DNA of 64,000 nucleotides from Lama guanicoe (Eukaryota): the NCBI GenBank assembly GCA_013239625.1, contig MU057357.1, positions 40,132,128 to 40,196,127 on the forward strand. The letters are read 5' to 3'. The position numbers and the translations under genes were made by a program. Below the pieces are notes generated by a model. That model made no database searches. It was not told the DNA's origin and was given only the letters and a program-made list of their open reading frames with translations. This document shows positions 1 through 12,319 of this stretch, one piece after another; the first letter of the stretch is position 1, and each line of letters opens with the position of its first letter.

Positions 1-35
1 CTCAGAGAGGAGAGTGTCAGAAGTGTCTCAGCAAA

Positions 36-1214
36 CAAAAAGCTGAGCAGCTGCACATGGAAACCATCAACAAAACAAAAAGGCCGCCTACTGAATTGGA
101 GGAAATATTGCAAATCACATGTCTGAAAAGGGGGTGCTATCCAAAAAATATAAAAAATTCATACAACTCAATAGCAAAAAAACCCAAAACAAAACCTGAT
201 ATAAAAATGGGCAGAAGACCTGAATGGACATTTTTCCGAAGAGAGACATAAGGATGGTCAACAGGTGTAGGAAAAGATGCTCAAAATCATTCATCTCTGG
301 AGAAATGCAACTCAGAACTACAAGGTGTCACCTCACACCTGTCAGAATGGCTATCCTCAAAGGACAGGAACTAGCAAGCATTGCCGGGGGTGTGAAGAAA
401 AGGGGACCCTCACGCACCGCTGGTGGGAGTGTGAATCGGTGCAGCCACAATGGAAAGCAGTATGCAGGAACCTCAGAGAATTAAAAATAGGACCATCCTG
501 TGATCTAGCAGTTCCACTTTTGGAATTTATCTGAAGAAATAAAAAACACTAACTGGAAAAGATATTTGTACCCCCATGTTCCATTGCAGCATTATTTATA
601 ATAGCCAGGATATGGACACAACCTACATGTCCATCAGTGGATGAATGGATACAGAAAATACGATACACACATACACATACAAATATTATGTAGCTGTAAA
701 AAAGAATGAAATCTTGCCATTTGAGACAACATGGATGGACCTTGAGGACATTCTGCTAGGCGAAGTAAGTCAGACAGATAAAGACAAATATTGAATGATC
801 TCATTTAGATATGGAATCTAAACTACAATAATAATTTAAAAAACCCAAACCAGGCTCATAGATACAGAGAACAGATTGTGTTCGCCAGAGGCGAGGATTG
901 GGGGAGGGCAGTGAAATGGGTACAGGAGTCAAAATGTACAAACTTACAGCTATTAAAAAAAAAACGTCATGGGGATATAATGTACACATGGTGACTACAG
1001 TTAATAAAGCTGTATTGCATATTTTAATGTTGCTAAGAGGGTGTATCTTACAAGTTCTCACCACAAGAAAAAAATTTTCTGTAACTATGTAAAGTGATGG
1101 ATGTTACCTAGAATTGTGGTGATCGTTTCACAACGTATACAAATATCGAATCATTATGTTATGGACCTGAAACTAACATAATGTTATATGTTAACTATAT
1201 CTCATTAAAAAAAA
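36..1214 (+). mobile_element. LINE-1 3' portion (degraded ORF2 C-terminus plus 3'UTR, L1MA-type)
   Basis: ORF fragments resemble L1 ORF2 ([35 protein letters not shown]) but are spread over frames. A typical L1 3'UTR ends in an A-run at ~1207-1214. Confidence 0.9.
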
Positions 1215-1426
1215 TTGAAGTAGAGCTGCTCATTGCTTTGTGGTATCTGGACTAGACTCTGAAACAGTAAAGGACCTTAGAAAAAATCTGGTGAAATTGG
1301 AATAAAGTCTATCGTTTACTTAACAGTGCTGTACCAATCTTAATTGCTTGGTTTGGACAAGGTACCATGGCTATGTAAACAGTGAGGGAAGCTGGCTGAA
1401 GGGGATGTGGGAACTCTTCGTACTAT

Positions 1427-1808
1427 TATGATGGTCTAATTGTTTGTGTCTTCCCCTAATTCATAGGTTAAAATCCTAATACCTAGTATGATGGTATTAG
1501 GGAGTCAGGCCTTTGGGAGGTACTTCGTCATGAGGGCAGAGCTCTCGTGAAAGAGATTCATTCTCTAGTCAAAGAGGCTCCAGAGAGCTAGCTTGCCCCT
1601 TCCACCAGGTGAAGACAGAGCAAGAAGTCTGCAGTCTGCAGTCTGCAGTCTGCAGCTCTAAAGAGGATTCTCACCAGAACGCACGCAACCAGGCGGGCAC
1701 CCTGATCTCGGACCTCCAGCCTCCAGAGCTGCGAGCAATGAATTTCTGTTGTTTATAAGCCTCCCAGTCTATGGTATTTTGCTATAGCAGCCCAAGCAGA
1801 TTAAAACT
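1427..1808 (+). mobile_element. MaLR solo LTR (MLT1A-like) with 5-bp TSD ACTAT
   Basis: Starts tatgatggtctaattgtttgtgtc and ends ggtattttgctatagcagcccaagcagattaaaact. ACTAT at 1422-1426 and 1809-1813. Confidence 0.85.
1627..1654. repeat. (GTCTGCA)4 tandem repeat inside the MLT1A LTR
   Basis: Four exact heptamer copies are visible. Confidence 0.9.
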
Positions 1809-2242
1809 ACTATCTTTGCAAATTTTCTGTACATCTAAAATCACTCGAAAATTAACATTCTATTAAAAAGCAGAGCCGCGAAGGGAGGGGATTAAAAAGG
1901 AAAAGCCAGAAACAGTACTTGACTTATTTCAACTCAAGTTCAGGATCCTTTCCACGTTTTTCTGCAATTGCTATTGACAAGAATGTGCAGAAATGGAAAC
2001 CCTTGTGTGTTGCTTTTGAGAAAGTAAAATTGTGTAATCACTCTGGAAAACAGTTTGATGGCTCCCCAAAAAGCTAAACAGAATTACCATATGATCCAGC
2101 AATTCCATTTCAAGGCATAAACCCAAAGGAATTCAAAGTACGTACCTGAACAGATACTTGTGCACCCATGTTGATTGCAGTGTTATTCACAAAAGTCAAA
2201 AGGTGGAAACAAGCCAAGAGTCCATCAGTGGATGGATGGGTA

Positions 2243-2338
2243 GGGGTGGGTATAGCTCAGTGGTAGAATGTGCGCTTAGCATGCCTGAGTTCCTGGATTC
2301 AATCCCCAGTACTGTGATTAGCCAAAAAAAAAAAAAAA
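2243..2338 (+). mobile_element. Vic-1-type tRNA-derived SINE (3' end runs into gap)
   Basis: ggggtgggtatagctcagtggtagaatgtgcgcttagcatg...ggattcaatccccagtac plus A-tail; Pol III A- and B-box-like sequences. Confidence 0.85.
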
Positions 2339-2654
2339 NNNNNNNNNNNNNNNNNNNNNNNNNNNNNNNNNNNNNNNNNNNNNNNNNNNNNNNNNNNNNN
2401 NNNNNNNNNNNNNNNNNNNNNNNNNNNNNNNNNNNNNNNNNNNNNNNNNNNNNNNNNNNNNNNNNNNNNNNNNNNNNNNNNNNNNNNNNNNNNNNNNNNN
2501 NNNNNNNNNNNNNNNNNNNNNNNNNNNNNNNNNNNNNNNNNNNNNNNNNNNNNNNNNNNNNNNNNNNNNNNNNNNNNNNNNNNNNNNNNNNNNNNNNNNN
2601 NNNNNNNNNNNNNNNNNNNNNNNNNNNNNNNNNNNNNNNNNNNNNNNNNNNNNN
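2339..2654. other. Assembly gap
   Basis: Run of N. Confidence 1.
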
Positions 2655-2684
2655 CATTGTCTGATGCCACTTAAATGAGGTATC

Positions 2685-3225
2685 TGTAGAGCCGGGTGGT
2701 GCTCTCTGAAGCCACTCTGAGGTCCATAAAACCCCCTACTCCGGGGCTTTCCATGTGCCTGGAGCTGACTGGCACCCCCCACTCCCCACTCCTGGACCCA
2801 GGTATGCCTGCATTTCTTCAGGATAAAAACATCTTTCCTTGATGTGTGTTTACCCTAGCAGAACTAACCGCCCCCCAGAAATGGCTAATCTTACAATACC
2901 CTAGGCGGATAGGCCTCAATATACCTCCTGCCCTTACTGGAGTCATAAACCCTATGACTTAGAATAGTTCCTGACAAGCATCACCTCACCTGTGATCAGC
3001 TAGGTACCTGTGAGCTGAGCACGCAACCCCTCTGTTCACCAACACTTCCCACAAAAGACCCCAGCAACTGCCCCTCGGTGCTCACACGGGCACCTCTCAT
3101 CTGTGTGGCCCACTGTTGCCTGGAGCAGCCTATCTATTAAACTCTTCCTTTGTTTCTTAAACATTTTTCTTGTCTTTGGTAAGTTCTTTTACCACCCCCA
3201 ACATGGGCCTGCTGTGTCCCCCACA
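2685..3225 (+). mobile_element. ERV1-like solo LTR (~540 bp) inserted in L1MB
   Basis: TG...CA termini, ATTAAA at 3136 followed by a U5-like ttggtaagttcttttacc. The flanking L1 reads through (gaggtatc|cctagaagagtc). The TSD is imperfect (atc). Confidence 0.7.
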
Positions 3226-4864
3226 ATCCCTAGAAGAGTCAAATTCATAGAGACAGAAAGTAGAAATGGTTACCAGGGGCTGAGTGGAGGGCCAAGCCAT
3301 TGCTTGACGGGTACAGGGTTTCAGTTCTGGATGATGAAAAATTTGTGGAAACAGAGAGCAATGATGGTTGCAAAACCTTGTGAATGTACTTAATACTGCT
3401 GAATTGTACACTTAGGAATAATTCAAATGATAAATTTTATGCTATGTGTATTTTACCACAATAAAGTGTTTAAAATCACAGACTTCTCCTTTTTCATCCT
3501 TGAAAAGAGACTCTGAGTGAGGACTGAGTGAAAGTGGGACCCGGATAGAGAAACTAGTTTCCTCTTGGGGGAGATTAATCACCCCTCTGTCTACACTCAA
3601 CCGTAAGGGGGCCTCCTCCAACAAAACCCCAACGTATATCCCCTCAGGAAGTCACTAGGAAGGGTAGAGCAGTGAAACTGTCCCACTTCACATTTAAACC
3701 CACTTTTTGGCAAGCGGCCACCTGCCACCCAGGGAGCATATGTGAGGGAACAGCAGTGAGCAAGCTTGGGGGGGTCTCCTGTCTCTTTCCAATCCTTGGG
3801 CACCTCCTCCCCAAGTCTTTCTTAGCCCTCTATCCACGGGTGAAGGCCCTGTTAAGGTAATTTGTAAGAGTGTATGTTTTAGCTGGAAAAATAAACCTCT
3901 TAAGCAATCTTTATTTTTTGACCATCAATTTAATGCAGTATTTTAAGCCTGTGTTTTCATTCCCGTTCGGTAGCCCTTTGCACTTACTGCTTTGTTTTCT
4001 TCTACACCTGTCTGACATCAAGTCCTAGCTTGGAATCTCCCTGAAAGACACAGATTGTATTTGTGTTTGTATTCCCAGGTATTAGCCAGGTAGGTGCTCA
4101 AGAAACTGTATTGAATAAATGATAGAAGAAGCAAATGGGTGGTCAGTCAAGCAAATGAAATTGTGTTTACAGCCTCTCATTCTTGCACTGACACTCTATC
4201 ATGATGTCATCGGTCTAAACAAATGCCTACGGCTTCAGCTGTACCATCTGAATCTCTTACACACCATGTTTGTTAACACGATCACTATAGGCTTTCAGCC
4301 TGAGGACAGGCATAGTTCTAGGACAGCCAGGTCGGTGAGCACTTCTTACACACCTGAGACACCTACTCCCACTGTGACTGGCATGCACGGCTAAAACCTT
4401 CCCCTGCTGTAGAGACCCTCCCAGTGGCCTTTGCCTCCAGAAAACCTTCCCCACCACTGGCTGCTCAAACCCTTTCTGATTTTCCTTATCCCACATACTG
4501 GGCCTGAAGACCTCCCGGGATGTCTGCTTCTCTTGTTACTTTATGGATATTAATCTTCTGTCGTCAACAAGACTGTCCCTCCTGAAGAAGGCAGTCTGGG
4601 TCCTGCTACTTGTGTGTCCTGTGGGATCTTGGACAAACTACATAATGCTTCTGAGTCTCAGAGTAAGAAATGTGGACAGTGACGTCCTCCCCATTCCTCC
4701 ATGGGGGAAGTGCCAATGACACTCTGAAGTGCTCCTAAATTAATACCCTCCAGAGCAAAGATTATGTCCCTAACTGCTTTACATCTCCATCAAGCTCGGG
4801 GGAGGCTGAGTAGTTATTATAAGTCCACAAATATTTGTTGAATTGAATTTTTTTCTCCATTACA

Positions 4865-4996
4865 TTTTTAATTGAGATATAATTCATCTACCATAAAATT
4901 CACCATTTGAAAGTATACAATTCAGTGGCTTTAGTGCACTCACAGAGCTATGCAGCCATCACCATTCCATAATTTCAGAATATTTTCATCACCCCC
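4865..4996 (-). mobile_element. Short L1MB 3' terminus
   Basis: tttttaattgagatataattca...aagtatacaattcagtgg is the reverse complement of an L1 3' end. Confidence 0.75.
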
Positions 4997-5074
4997 ATCT
5001 CCACTACATTTGACTTTTAATGAATCAGAGTACACTTTGACTACCTCTCAATAAACAGAATTGTTCTATTTTAT

Positions 5075-5300
5075 AATCACTAATAGTATTTACTATATGT
5101 CAGGCACTATTCTGGGCACTTTATAAAGAATAAACCCTATGTGGGAGGTTTCATATAGGCATCAGCATCATTCCATGTTACTGATCAAGAAACTGAGACA
5201 TGGAGGGGACAGGAATCTTGCCCAAGAACACACGGCTAGAAACGGCAGAGCTGAGATTTGAACCCAAGACACCTGAGTCCACACTCCTCACAACTCCTGC
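5075..5300 (-). mobile_element. MIR SINE
   Basis: MIR core similarity (gaaactgagacatggagg...ttgcccaag...gatttgaacccaag). Confidence 0.7.
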
Positions 5301-6630
5301 TACCTCTAGACCAGAGCATTAAGATTTAACAGCCAACCAACCACAAAGAAGCAAACACATAACCCTGAAGCATTAAGAGCCCATTTTCTTCCTCCTTTAT
5401 TTATCAGTCACCCTTGGCTGTGGGTTGTTTTTTTTTTTTCCTAAGCATGAATGAAGAACCCACCACTGGCCCTGGGCTGGGCTCTGTAAGTGACACAAAA
5501 ATCAAGAAGACCTAGTCCTTGTCCTCCAGGAGTGAACAGTATGAAACAACAACACAGGGAGAAGGTGATATAGAAACTCGGACATTCAGACACGGGAGAG
5601 TGTGGCTGCTGGTGGTGGCAGAAAGCTGGGACATTGTTCCAAAAGGAATCATAAATAATGAAATAGTTCTGGGAAGTCCAGAGGGATTGTTTCCTTTCCT
5701 TAGGATGAAATTCAGATTTCTCAACATAGGTGACTTTGGTTATGAACTGGGTAGATGGTCTTTTACTTTAAGCGCTTTCTATTATTTCATTCTAGGTAGT
5801 TAAGAACACATTGATCTCTGTTTACCTTAATAATACCACTTCCCATAATTAAATTAGCTATACACTGTCATTTTGAGGGCTGTTTTTAGACAACAGCACA
5901 CACTTTATTTGATAGAAACGATGTCTCTGAAAAATAGTGTGTAGATATGATTTGAGGAATTCGTTTTTTTTAATGTACAGTATATACTAGTAAACTTGCT
6001 ATGGGAAAAATTCTGTAAAGAATCCTTTAGCTAGGCAAGAAGTCCTTTGAAATCGTACACACAATTACTTGTTAATTTTCCCTCTGAGCTCTGACTACCG
6101 TAAACATCAGGCATTCATTTTAAGAGACACTTGAATTTTGGCTGCTTTGTAATCTACACTTCGTAGCTCTTTGCAAAAGAAGTTGCACAGCCTAAGTTCG
6201 AAGTCCTGGACTCAACTAACATCTCCGCTAGACTTTGATCCTAATGAAACCCTGGAGAACTTTAAGTGACTGTTACCTCAGATTCGTTGCCCACATATGA
6301 GGTCGTAAGGCATTTTTATAAGCAAAGCTCCCATTACTGAGAAACCCTGGGTTTATTTAGGGCTCTGAAGAACATTCCAGTCTGGTCTCGTGTATTTGTT
6401 TATAAAACATTTTAAATACCATATATTTTTTCCTACTAATCATTTAATTTAGGAGAAATTTCTTTCAGGAAATAATGCACCATCAATAATAATTTTACTG
6501 TATTGTGATAGGAAATTTTTGGTTGGTGAGCTATTTTGGGAAAGGGTGATTAAACCGCACAACATACTACACTGTAATTTGAGAAAAAATGGGCAAACCT
6601 AGAGAAATGCTATTTAAAATAAACTAGGCA

Positions 6631-6666
6631 GCAGCTCCCTCTTGTGCTGAAAAATAAGTACTGCAG
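6631..6666 (-). promoter_or_regulatory. Candidate CTCF site (core plus upstream motif)
   Basis: Minus strand reads CTGCAGTACT-N6-TCAGCACAAGAGGGAGCTG. Motif match only. Confidence 0.45.
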
Positions 6667-7360
6667 CCATTGAATTAGAGTGTGAGCACCATAAAACTTG
6701 CTTGAACAAAGAGGTTTCCCCAAATGTTTTAAGCGCAAGAAAAACATAATGCTTAGTAACGCTTTATTTTAACTAGCACACCCACCACAATGAATGTTTA
6801 ATTAATCCTTCAAACATTTATTAAGCACTTACTGAGTACGGGGACCTAGCCACTAGGGTGATCACACAGTTGCTGCCCCCAAGGTGCTCACAGAGTTCGG
6901 CCCACCTAGATGTCACCTTTCTCATAAAGTTTCTGCGGCTGTGACCTCTGCCTGCTCTCAACTTCTCCCTTTCTCCCCAGCCCCCACCTGAGACTGTCAT
7001 CTCCTGCCACTCCCCTACTGTCCTCTCTTTATCACAGTCAGTCATTTTCTTGTCTTCTCGCCCTGCTGGATTGTAACCTCTCTGAAGGCAGAGTCCAGAT
7101 CTGACCCACTCTTAGTTTTCCCACAGCCCCTCAGTCCGCGTCTGCCCAGTCTGTATTCAAAGGCACACCTGTTCAATTTAATCCAACTAAATTAGAAAGC
7201 AACAGAGCTAATTAAAAACAGGTTCTGATGGAGAATGTCTTTCAGCTGCTTTGTACACGTAACTTTCAGAAATGGAGCAGCTGGCCATGGTTTTGTTGCT
7301 GCCAAAATGCATGTTCAGATTTTCGCATAAATTTCTGTACTAATGATAAGAACACAAGTG

Positions 7361-7808
7361 TGTACAGCATGGACGGACTTGGAGGGCATTATGCTAAGTG
7401 TAATAAGTCAGGCAGAGAAAGACAAATACTGTAAGATACCACTTACATGTGGGAATCTAAAAAAATACAACAAACTAGTGAATGTAACAGAAAGAGACAG
7501 ACTCACAGACTTAGAGAAGGAACTAGTGGCTACCAGAGGGGAGATGGAAGAGGGAGGGGCAAGATGGAGGTGGAAGATTAACAGGCACAAACTAGCAGGT
7601 ATAAAATAAGCTACAAGGATGTACTGTACAACATGGGGAATATAGCCAATAATTTATAGTCACTATAAATGGAGAATAACCTTTAAAAATTTGTGAATCA
7701 CCATATTGTATACCTGTAACATATAATATTATATATCAACTATACTGCAATTTAAAAAATATGACATTATAAAATAAATACATAAATAAAAAACGGTTAA
7801 AAAAAAAA
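7361..7808 (+). mobile_element. 5'-truncated L1 3' end with poly-A and degenerate TSD
   Basis: Encodes WTDLEGIMLSVISQAEKDKY (L1 ORF2 end), then 3'UTR and A-tail. Flanks aagaacacaagtg (7348-7360) and aaggacatcagtg (7809-7821). Confidence 0.9.
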
Positions 7809-8002
7809 AAGGACATCAGTGGAAGGTAAGATTTATTCTACCCTAGAATCCATGGTGTCAGAAATAGTTTGCTCCATCACCTTCCTGCCTGTCGTGAAAG
7901 GATACAGGAGTGCATCCTAGGGTTCCTGTGGGCACCACGTCAGGTACCTGAATGTGAGTGTTTGCCTTGGCCTAGCCACCTAGGGTGGCCAAGGTTTTAA
8001 CT

Positions 8003-8290
8003 CAGTGGTTCTCAGACTTTGGGATTTCATGTAAGAGTAAAATACCTTAAAGAAAAAAATTTCAGGGACTGACATGAGGTTGCCAATATCTTTTTTTAAT
8101 CAAAAAAATTTTTTGGCAATATCTGATTTTGCTAACTATGAATAGTTTTTAAATCATCATTTATTATGACCCTCCTTTTATGAAAAAAAATTTTTTAACA
8201 CCAAAAGTAGGACAGTCATAATCTCAGAATAGAGAAGTTTTTTCTATTGAATATATTTAATTCCAGTTCTGGACCACATACTTGGATCAA
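8003..8290. mobile_element. Degraded hAT-Charlie-type DNA transposon fragment
   Basis: Begins cagtggttctcagacttt (Charlie-type terminus) followed by an AT-rich body. End is uncertain. Confidence 0.45.
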
Positions 8291-8907
8291 AAAATTGGAG
8301 AAAGAATGTGGAGGATGGAAATGCAGCCACACACCTCACCCCCATCCTCTGCCCACCTTTCTCCTATCGGCTTCAGAGCTTCTTCTCATTTGATAATTTC
8401 CCCAGTCAGATTTGCCTTGCCATATGTGAGAATGAGCAAGAAATATCCCTGGGGAACAAGGACTAAAGTGGAAACCAGCTGACCTCAAAACCCAAATGAG
8501 GGGATTGTCAAATGAAAAGGAATTCTGAATTCAATAGATGAGAAAGGTGGGCAGAAGATGAGGGTCAGGTGTGTATCCCTGTGTCCACACTTCACTTTCT
8601 TTCTCCAATTTCTTAGTCCAAGTGGTGCTCTGGAGAGCATGGGATGGCCTTGTATGGATCACGGGGAAGAAGGGGAAAGAGAGGAGAAAGAATTGACCCC
8701 ACTTGCTGGGACGGCATTTCTCTTCTCTCCTGACCACAAGGTAAACAGCACAGAGTAAGAGCTTGCAGCTGTCTTGTGTTTTGCCTTCTTGAAAGGCTTT
8801 CAAATAGTCTATTCTACTGGATCATCACAAAACCAAGCCATATGATGTCCGGAAGGGCCTGAGGGTGGAACCCTCTCACTCCCAATCCAGGACTCAGATT
8901 AGAAAGA

Positions 8908-9081
8908 GAAAAGACTCTCTGTTGCTCCTCTCACAACTGTGTGTGTGTACGTGTCTGTGTGTGTGTACAGGGGCTTAATCCAGATTCAAAGTCTGTGAAA
9001 AGACTCTCTGTTGCTCCTCTCACAACAGACTGTGTGTGTGTGTGTGTACGTACAGGGGCTTAACCCAGATTCACTGTCTGT
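8908..9081. repeat. Tandem duplication of an ~87-bp unit containing a TG microsatellite
   Basis: gaaaagactctctgttgctcctctcacaac...(tg)n...tacaggggcttaa(t/c)ccagattca..gtctgt at 8908-8996 and 8997-9081. Confidence 0.9.
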
Positions 9082-10061
9082 GGGCAGCAGTGGGAAAGAA
9101 ACCTATTGAGAAGTACTGGAGACCTCAAATAGCTTGCATCCCTCATGTCACTCCTTCAATTGCCTTAAATACCTCACAGAGGGAGCCCCTCAGTGAGGGG
9201 CCAAAGGGGTCAATAGCCCCCCGAGGCGAGGCCCCAGCCAAGAGGCCAGCCTTCCCAGGACTCTTCTGCAAAAATGACAGCCTTGGTGCTCACATTGGTC
9301 TCAGCTCTGCAGAGTCCGGGGAGAGCCCTGCCACCAACAAGCAGGTGTCCTCTGAGTCGGCCAGGAACTAAGATGGAGCCCTGGCCTTGGCCATGGAAGC
9401 CCCTCCCCAGCCCCCAGCTCTCCCTCCCTCAGCACAGACATGTGAGGCCTGGTGTGCACATGGCTGTGGTTTATCTCCCTCCTTCTCTTACGATCTTTTC
9501 TCCCACCAATGGGAGAGAGAAAGCTCTCAAATCAGCTCTGAGCTAAAAAGAGAGCAAATGAAGAAAAAGACCTGCTAATCTTCAACTCTGAACCTTCTGG
9601 GTAAGTAGCATGCTGAGAATATCAGGATTGAGGGAGACACTCAAAACTTCACACCAGTTACCAGTAACCGTCCCCCTACCTTTAGGGCACTGAAAGTGCA
9701 ACTCGTCACCTCGCCCTGAGCTTTCCAAGCTCCTCTTCATCTTCCTCCCAGAGGGCTCATTCCATCCTTAATCTCTTAAACCTCCATGCCCTGAAAGGGT
9801 CCAAGGTTGTCTCCAAGATCAGCAGGTCTTCGTCATCTTTCCCTCCGGTTTCCCGGGAACTTCTATTACCTTCTGCCATTCCCCTCACCCTCACTTGGTC
9901 TCTCTTTCCCCTTCTCCCAAGGCCAGCCCCAAAAGAACCCCAGTGACTACTGGGGGGAAAGAACCAATGCAACAGTTTATTTCTAAGAGGCAAGACCCTT
10001 TCATGGCATTGGCTGTGACAGAGTTTTACCTTTATGACTTAACTTCCTGTGATTCGAGGCT

Positions 10062-10860
10062 CTAAAGTTACTAGACAAGATACAGTATATCCAGTTAAAT
10101 TTGAATTTCAGATAAACAACTGACTTTTCAGTATAAGTACATTCCATGCAATATTTCAGACCCCGTGTTACAATGTGATTTCTTTTGTGTCATGATTCCT
10201 ACTCATCTAGTGTGAAATTCATAGGATTTATGCTACATTAAGTCATTCAAGATGGAGTCACAGTGGCCAACATGACCTTCCATGTTAGTTGATTTGAAAC
10301 ATCCGGTATAGGACTGTAGTGTCTTAGTGCTATAAATAAATTGTGTTAATTTACATAAAGAAATTATTTGGTAATGTCCACAGAAAAACTTCACTGGAAC
10401 AGAAGGAGCAACTATAGAAACAAGACCCCCTGAGACGCAGCCCTTACTTCCTTCTGGCAGAATCCTGAAAATGAGACCACTGAGTCCAGTGACTTGAAAG
10501 TTCTTCGCTGGAGGCCCTGGCTCTGTGCTGCTGAGAGCTGCTCCGGGGATGATGCCTGAGGCCCTGTTGGAGCAGAGGTTGACTTCCCACTCACACTTGT
10601 CAGAAGACCTGTTACTGGACCAGAGACCACTGCCCTGGTGAAATGCCTCCTCCCCAAACTTCTCCTAGGAGTAGATCACTACCCACCCTCATTTTCTCCC
10701 TATTTTGACTAACCTGTGTTGTGTGTTCATTGTATGCAATGAACCCAGTAATTCATGATGGAATATTGGCTACGTTTCCTTTATTTCCAACCCCATGGTT
10801 CTCACCAGGCCTCCACTGGGCACTGTGACTTAACCTTTCTTTGCTAAATCTGGCAACCCC
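10062..10860. mobile_element. MER53-like hAT element split by an LTR-like insert (10166-10835)
   Basis: Left arm ccagttaaatttgaatttcagataaacaac...ccatgcaatattt; right terminus ttgctaaatctggcaaccc at 10841-10859. The insert is bounded by tgtta...taac. Confidence 0.6.
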
Positions 10861-11039
10861 GTCTTAAACAGATGTAACAATAGCAGTGACATACCACTCA
10901 CTGAACACCTAGAATGTGTCCTTTAACAAGGGAGACATGTGCCACTTTGTCAGGGACAGTGCCACCAGGCTGGCCGTCCTGTGGAATTACCCACAGCACC
11001 CTGTTCATGCACTCAGGTATCTGCACTGTCATGCACTTT

Positions 11040-11230
11040 GGATACTTACAAAGCATGTTTCCTTTTTAATTCCCATGACAACCCTACACAAGGAGTTTCT
11101 ATGACCTTCATTTTGCAGACAAGGCAATTGATTTTCAGGAAGACAAAATAACTAGCTTCACATTATACAGGAAGCAAGGAGGTAGCAGTGTCAGGGTTCC
11201 GGCCCTGTCTGCTCCACTCAAGGCCATTCT
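11040..11230 (-). mobile_element. MIR SINE
   Basis: tttaattcccatgacaaccct...cattttgcagacaagg. Confidence 0.6.
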
Positions 11231-12319
11231 CGGGCCAGACGCTGCCGCTCTTAGGAGGAAGGACGCGGAGCCAGGGCGAACAGAAGTCCCAGCTTCCACA
11301 GGGCTCACTTCCTTGACCAGTCACGGCCCCTCCGGGACATGGAATCAAAACTGTGCTCACCTTCATTGCACATAATTCTCCAAGCAAGGGGCTCCCTCCT
11401 CCCCAGTTTAACTGAAGTAGATGAAAGGTTCTCCACTAACTTTGCAGAGAGAAGCCACCTGGGGTTTGGGGAGACTGTTTATACATTAAAAGGACACACT
11501 TCTCTTGGTGACACCAGAGTCACTGAGAGAAACTGAGAATAGGGTGTTAGAGGCAACAGTGAGATAGGATAACACAGCTGTCTTTCCTTCATTTGGCACA
11601 GCTCAGGTTAGCAGGCCCAGGACAGACAGACATGAGGCTGGGTTTCCCCTTTGGTCATTATGTTCATACTTACAGTACATTTCCATCCTTTATTCACATA
11701 GTGCCCCAAGCATATGTGCTCACTATGTGGAGGCAAAATGCTAGACATTCCACAAACTTGCCAGTGAGCTAGAGAGAGGAGGCCCTGCCCTCACGGGGCT
11801 TAGGGTCTAGTGGGGAATCCAGGTGAGCTGCCTGGGAGGGGTCAGGCTGGTTTACTCCCCTGGCCCTGCCTGCCCTCTCTCCTTGGAAGGGTTTGGGTCC
11901 TGTCCTCCCTGGTACCCAGGTTCTAGCCCAGAGAGCTCCTGCTCCCCCCCCCCACCCCCCCCCGTTGGCTGAGCAGCAAGAGGCCTTGAGCTCCTCTGGG
12001 TCAGGGACACACCTGAGCCCCCAGGGTAAACGCTAATCAATATGTCTCCATTGATAAAGCCGAGCGCTAGCCTCTGCCTGTCCCTTGGCTGCACAACTCA
12101 ATGCTCCAGCATCCCCAAGAGTGAGGCACAGTCTTTGGTCCAATTTGAATAGAGGGGACACTGGGACTTGGAACAGAAAGGTGGCCAACCAGGTCGCACA
12201 GGCAGACCTTGCTCCAGGCCAGGGTGCCAGAACGTGAACCTGGCAGCCTGGTTCCTGCTGAACCAGGATCCCAAGTGCAAGGGTCCGGGAGGGGTGAGAG
12301 AGCAGAGAGAGCAAATCCT

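Larger units (their letters stand above)
1230..1870 (+). mobile_element. Old L1MC-type 3'UTR fragment, interrupted by an MLT1A LTR
   Basis: ggtgaaattggaataaagtct...gggaactct(cg)tactat|ctttgcaaattttctgtacatctaaaat reads continuously once 1427-1813 is removed. Confidence 0.7.
1972..3475 (+). mobile_element. L1MB-type 3' end, interrupted by a Vic-1 SINE, an assembly gap and an ERV LTR
   Basis: L1 3'UTR landmarks: gaattaccatatgatccagcaattcc, gtcaaattcatagagacagaaagtaga, tgaattgtacactta...ttttaccacaataaa. Confidence 0.85.

Noticed and set aside
2158-2782. ORFs of 120-170 aa (also around 38611, 43978 and 53845)
   Set aside because: Artefacts of translating through N gaps.
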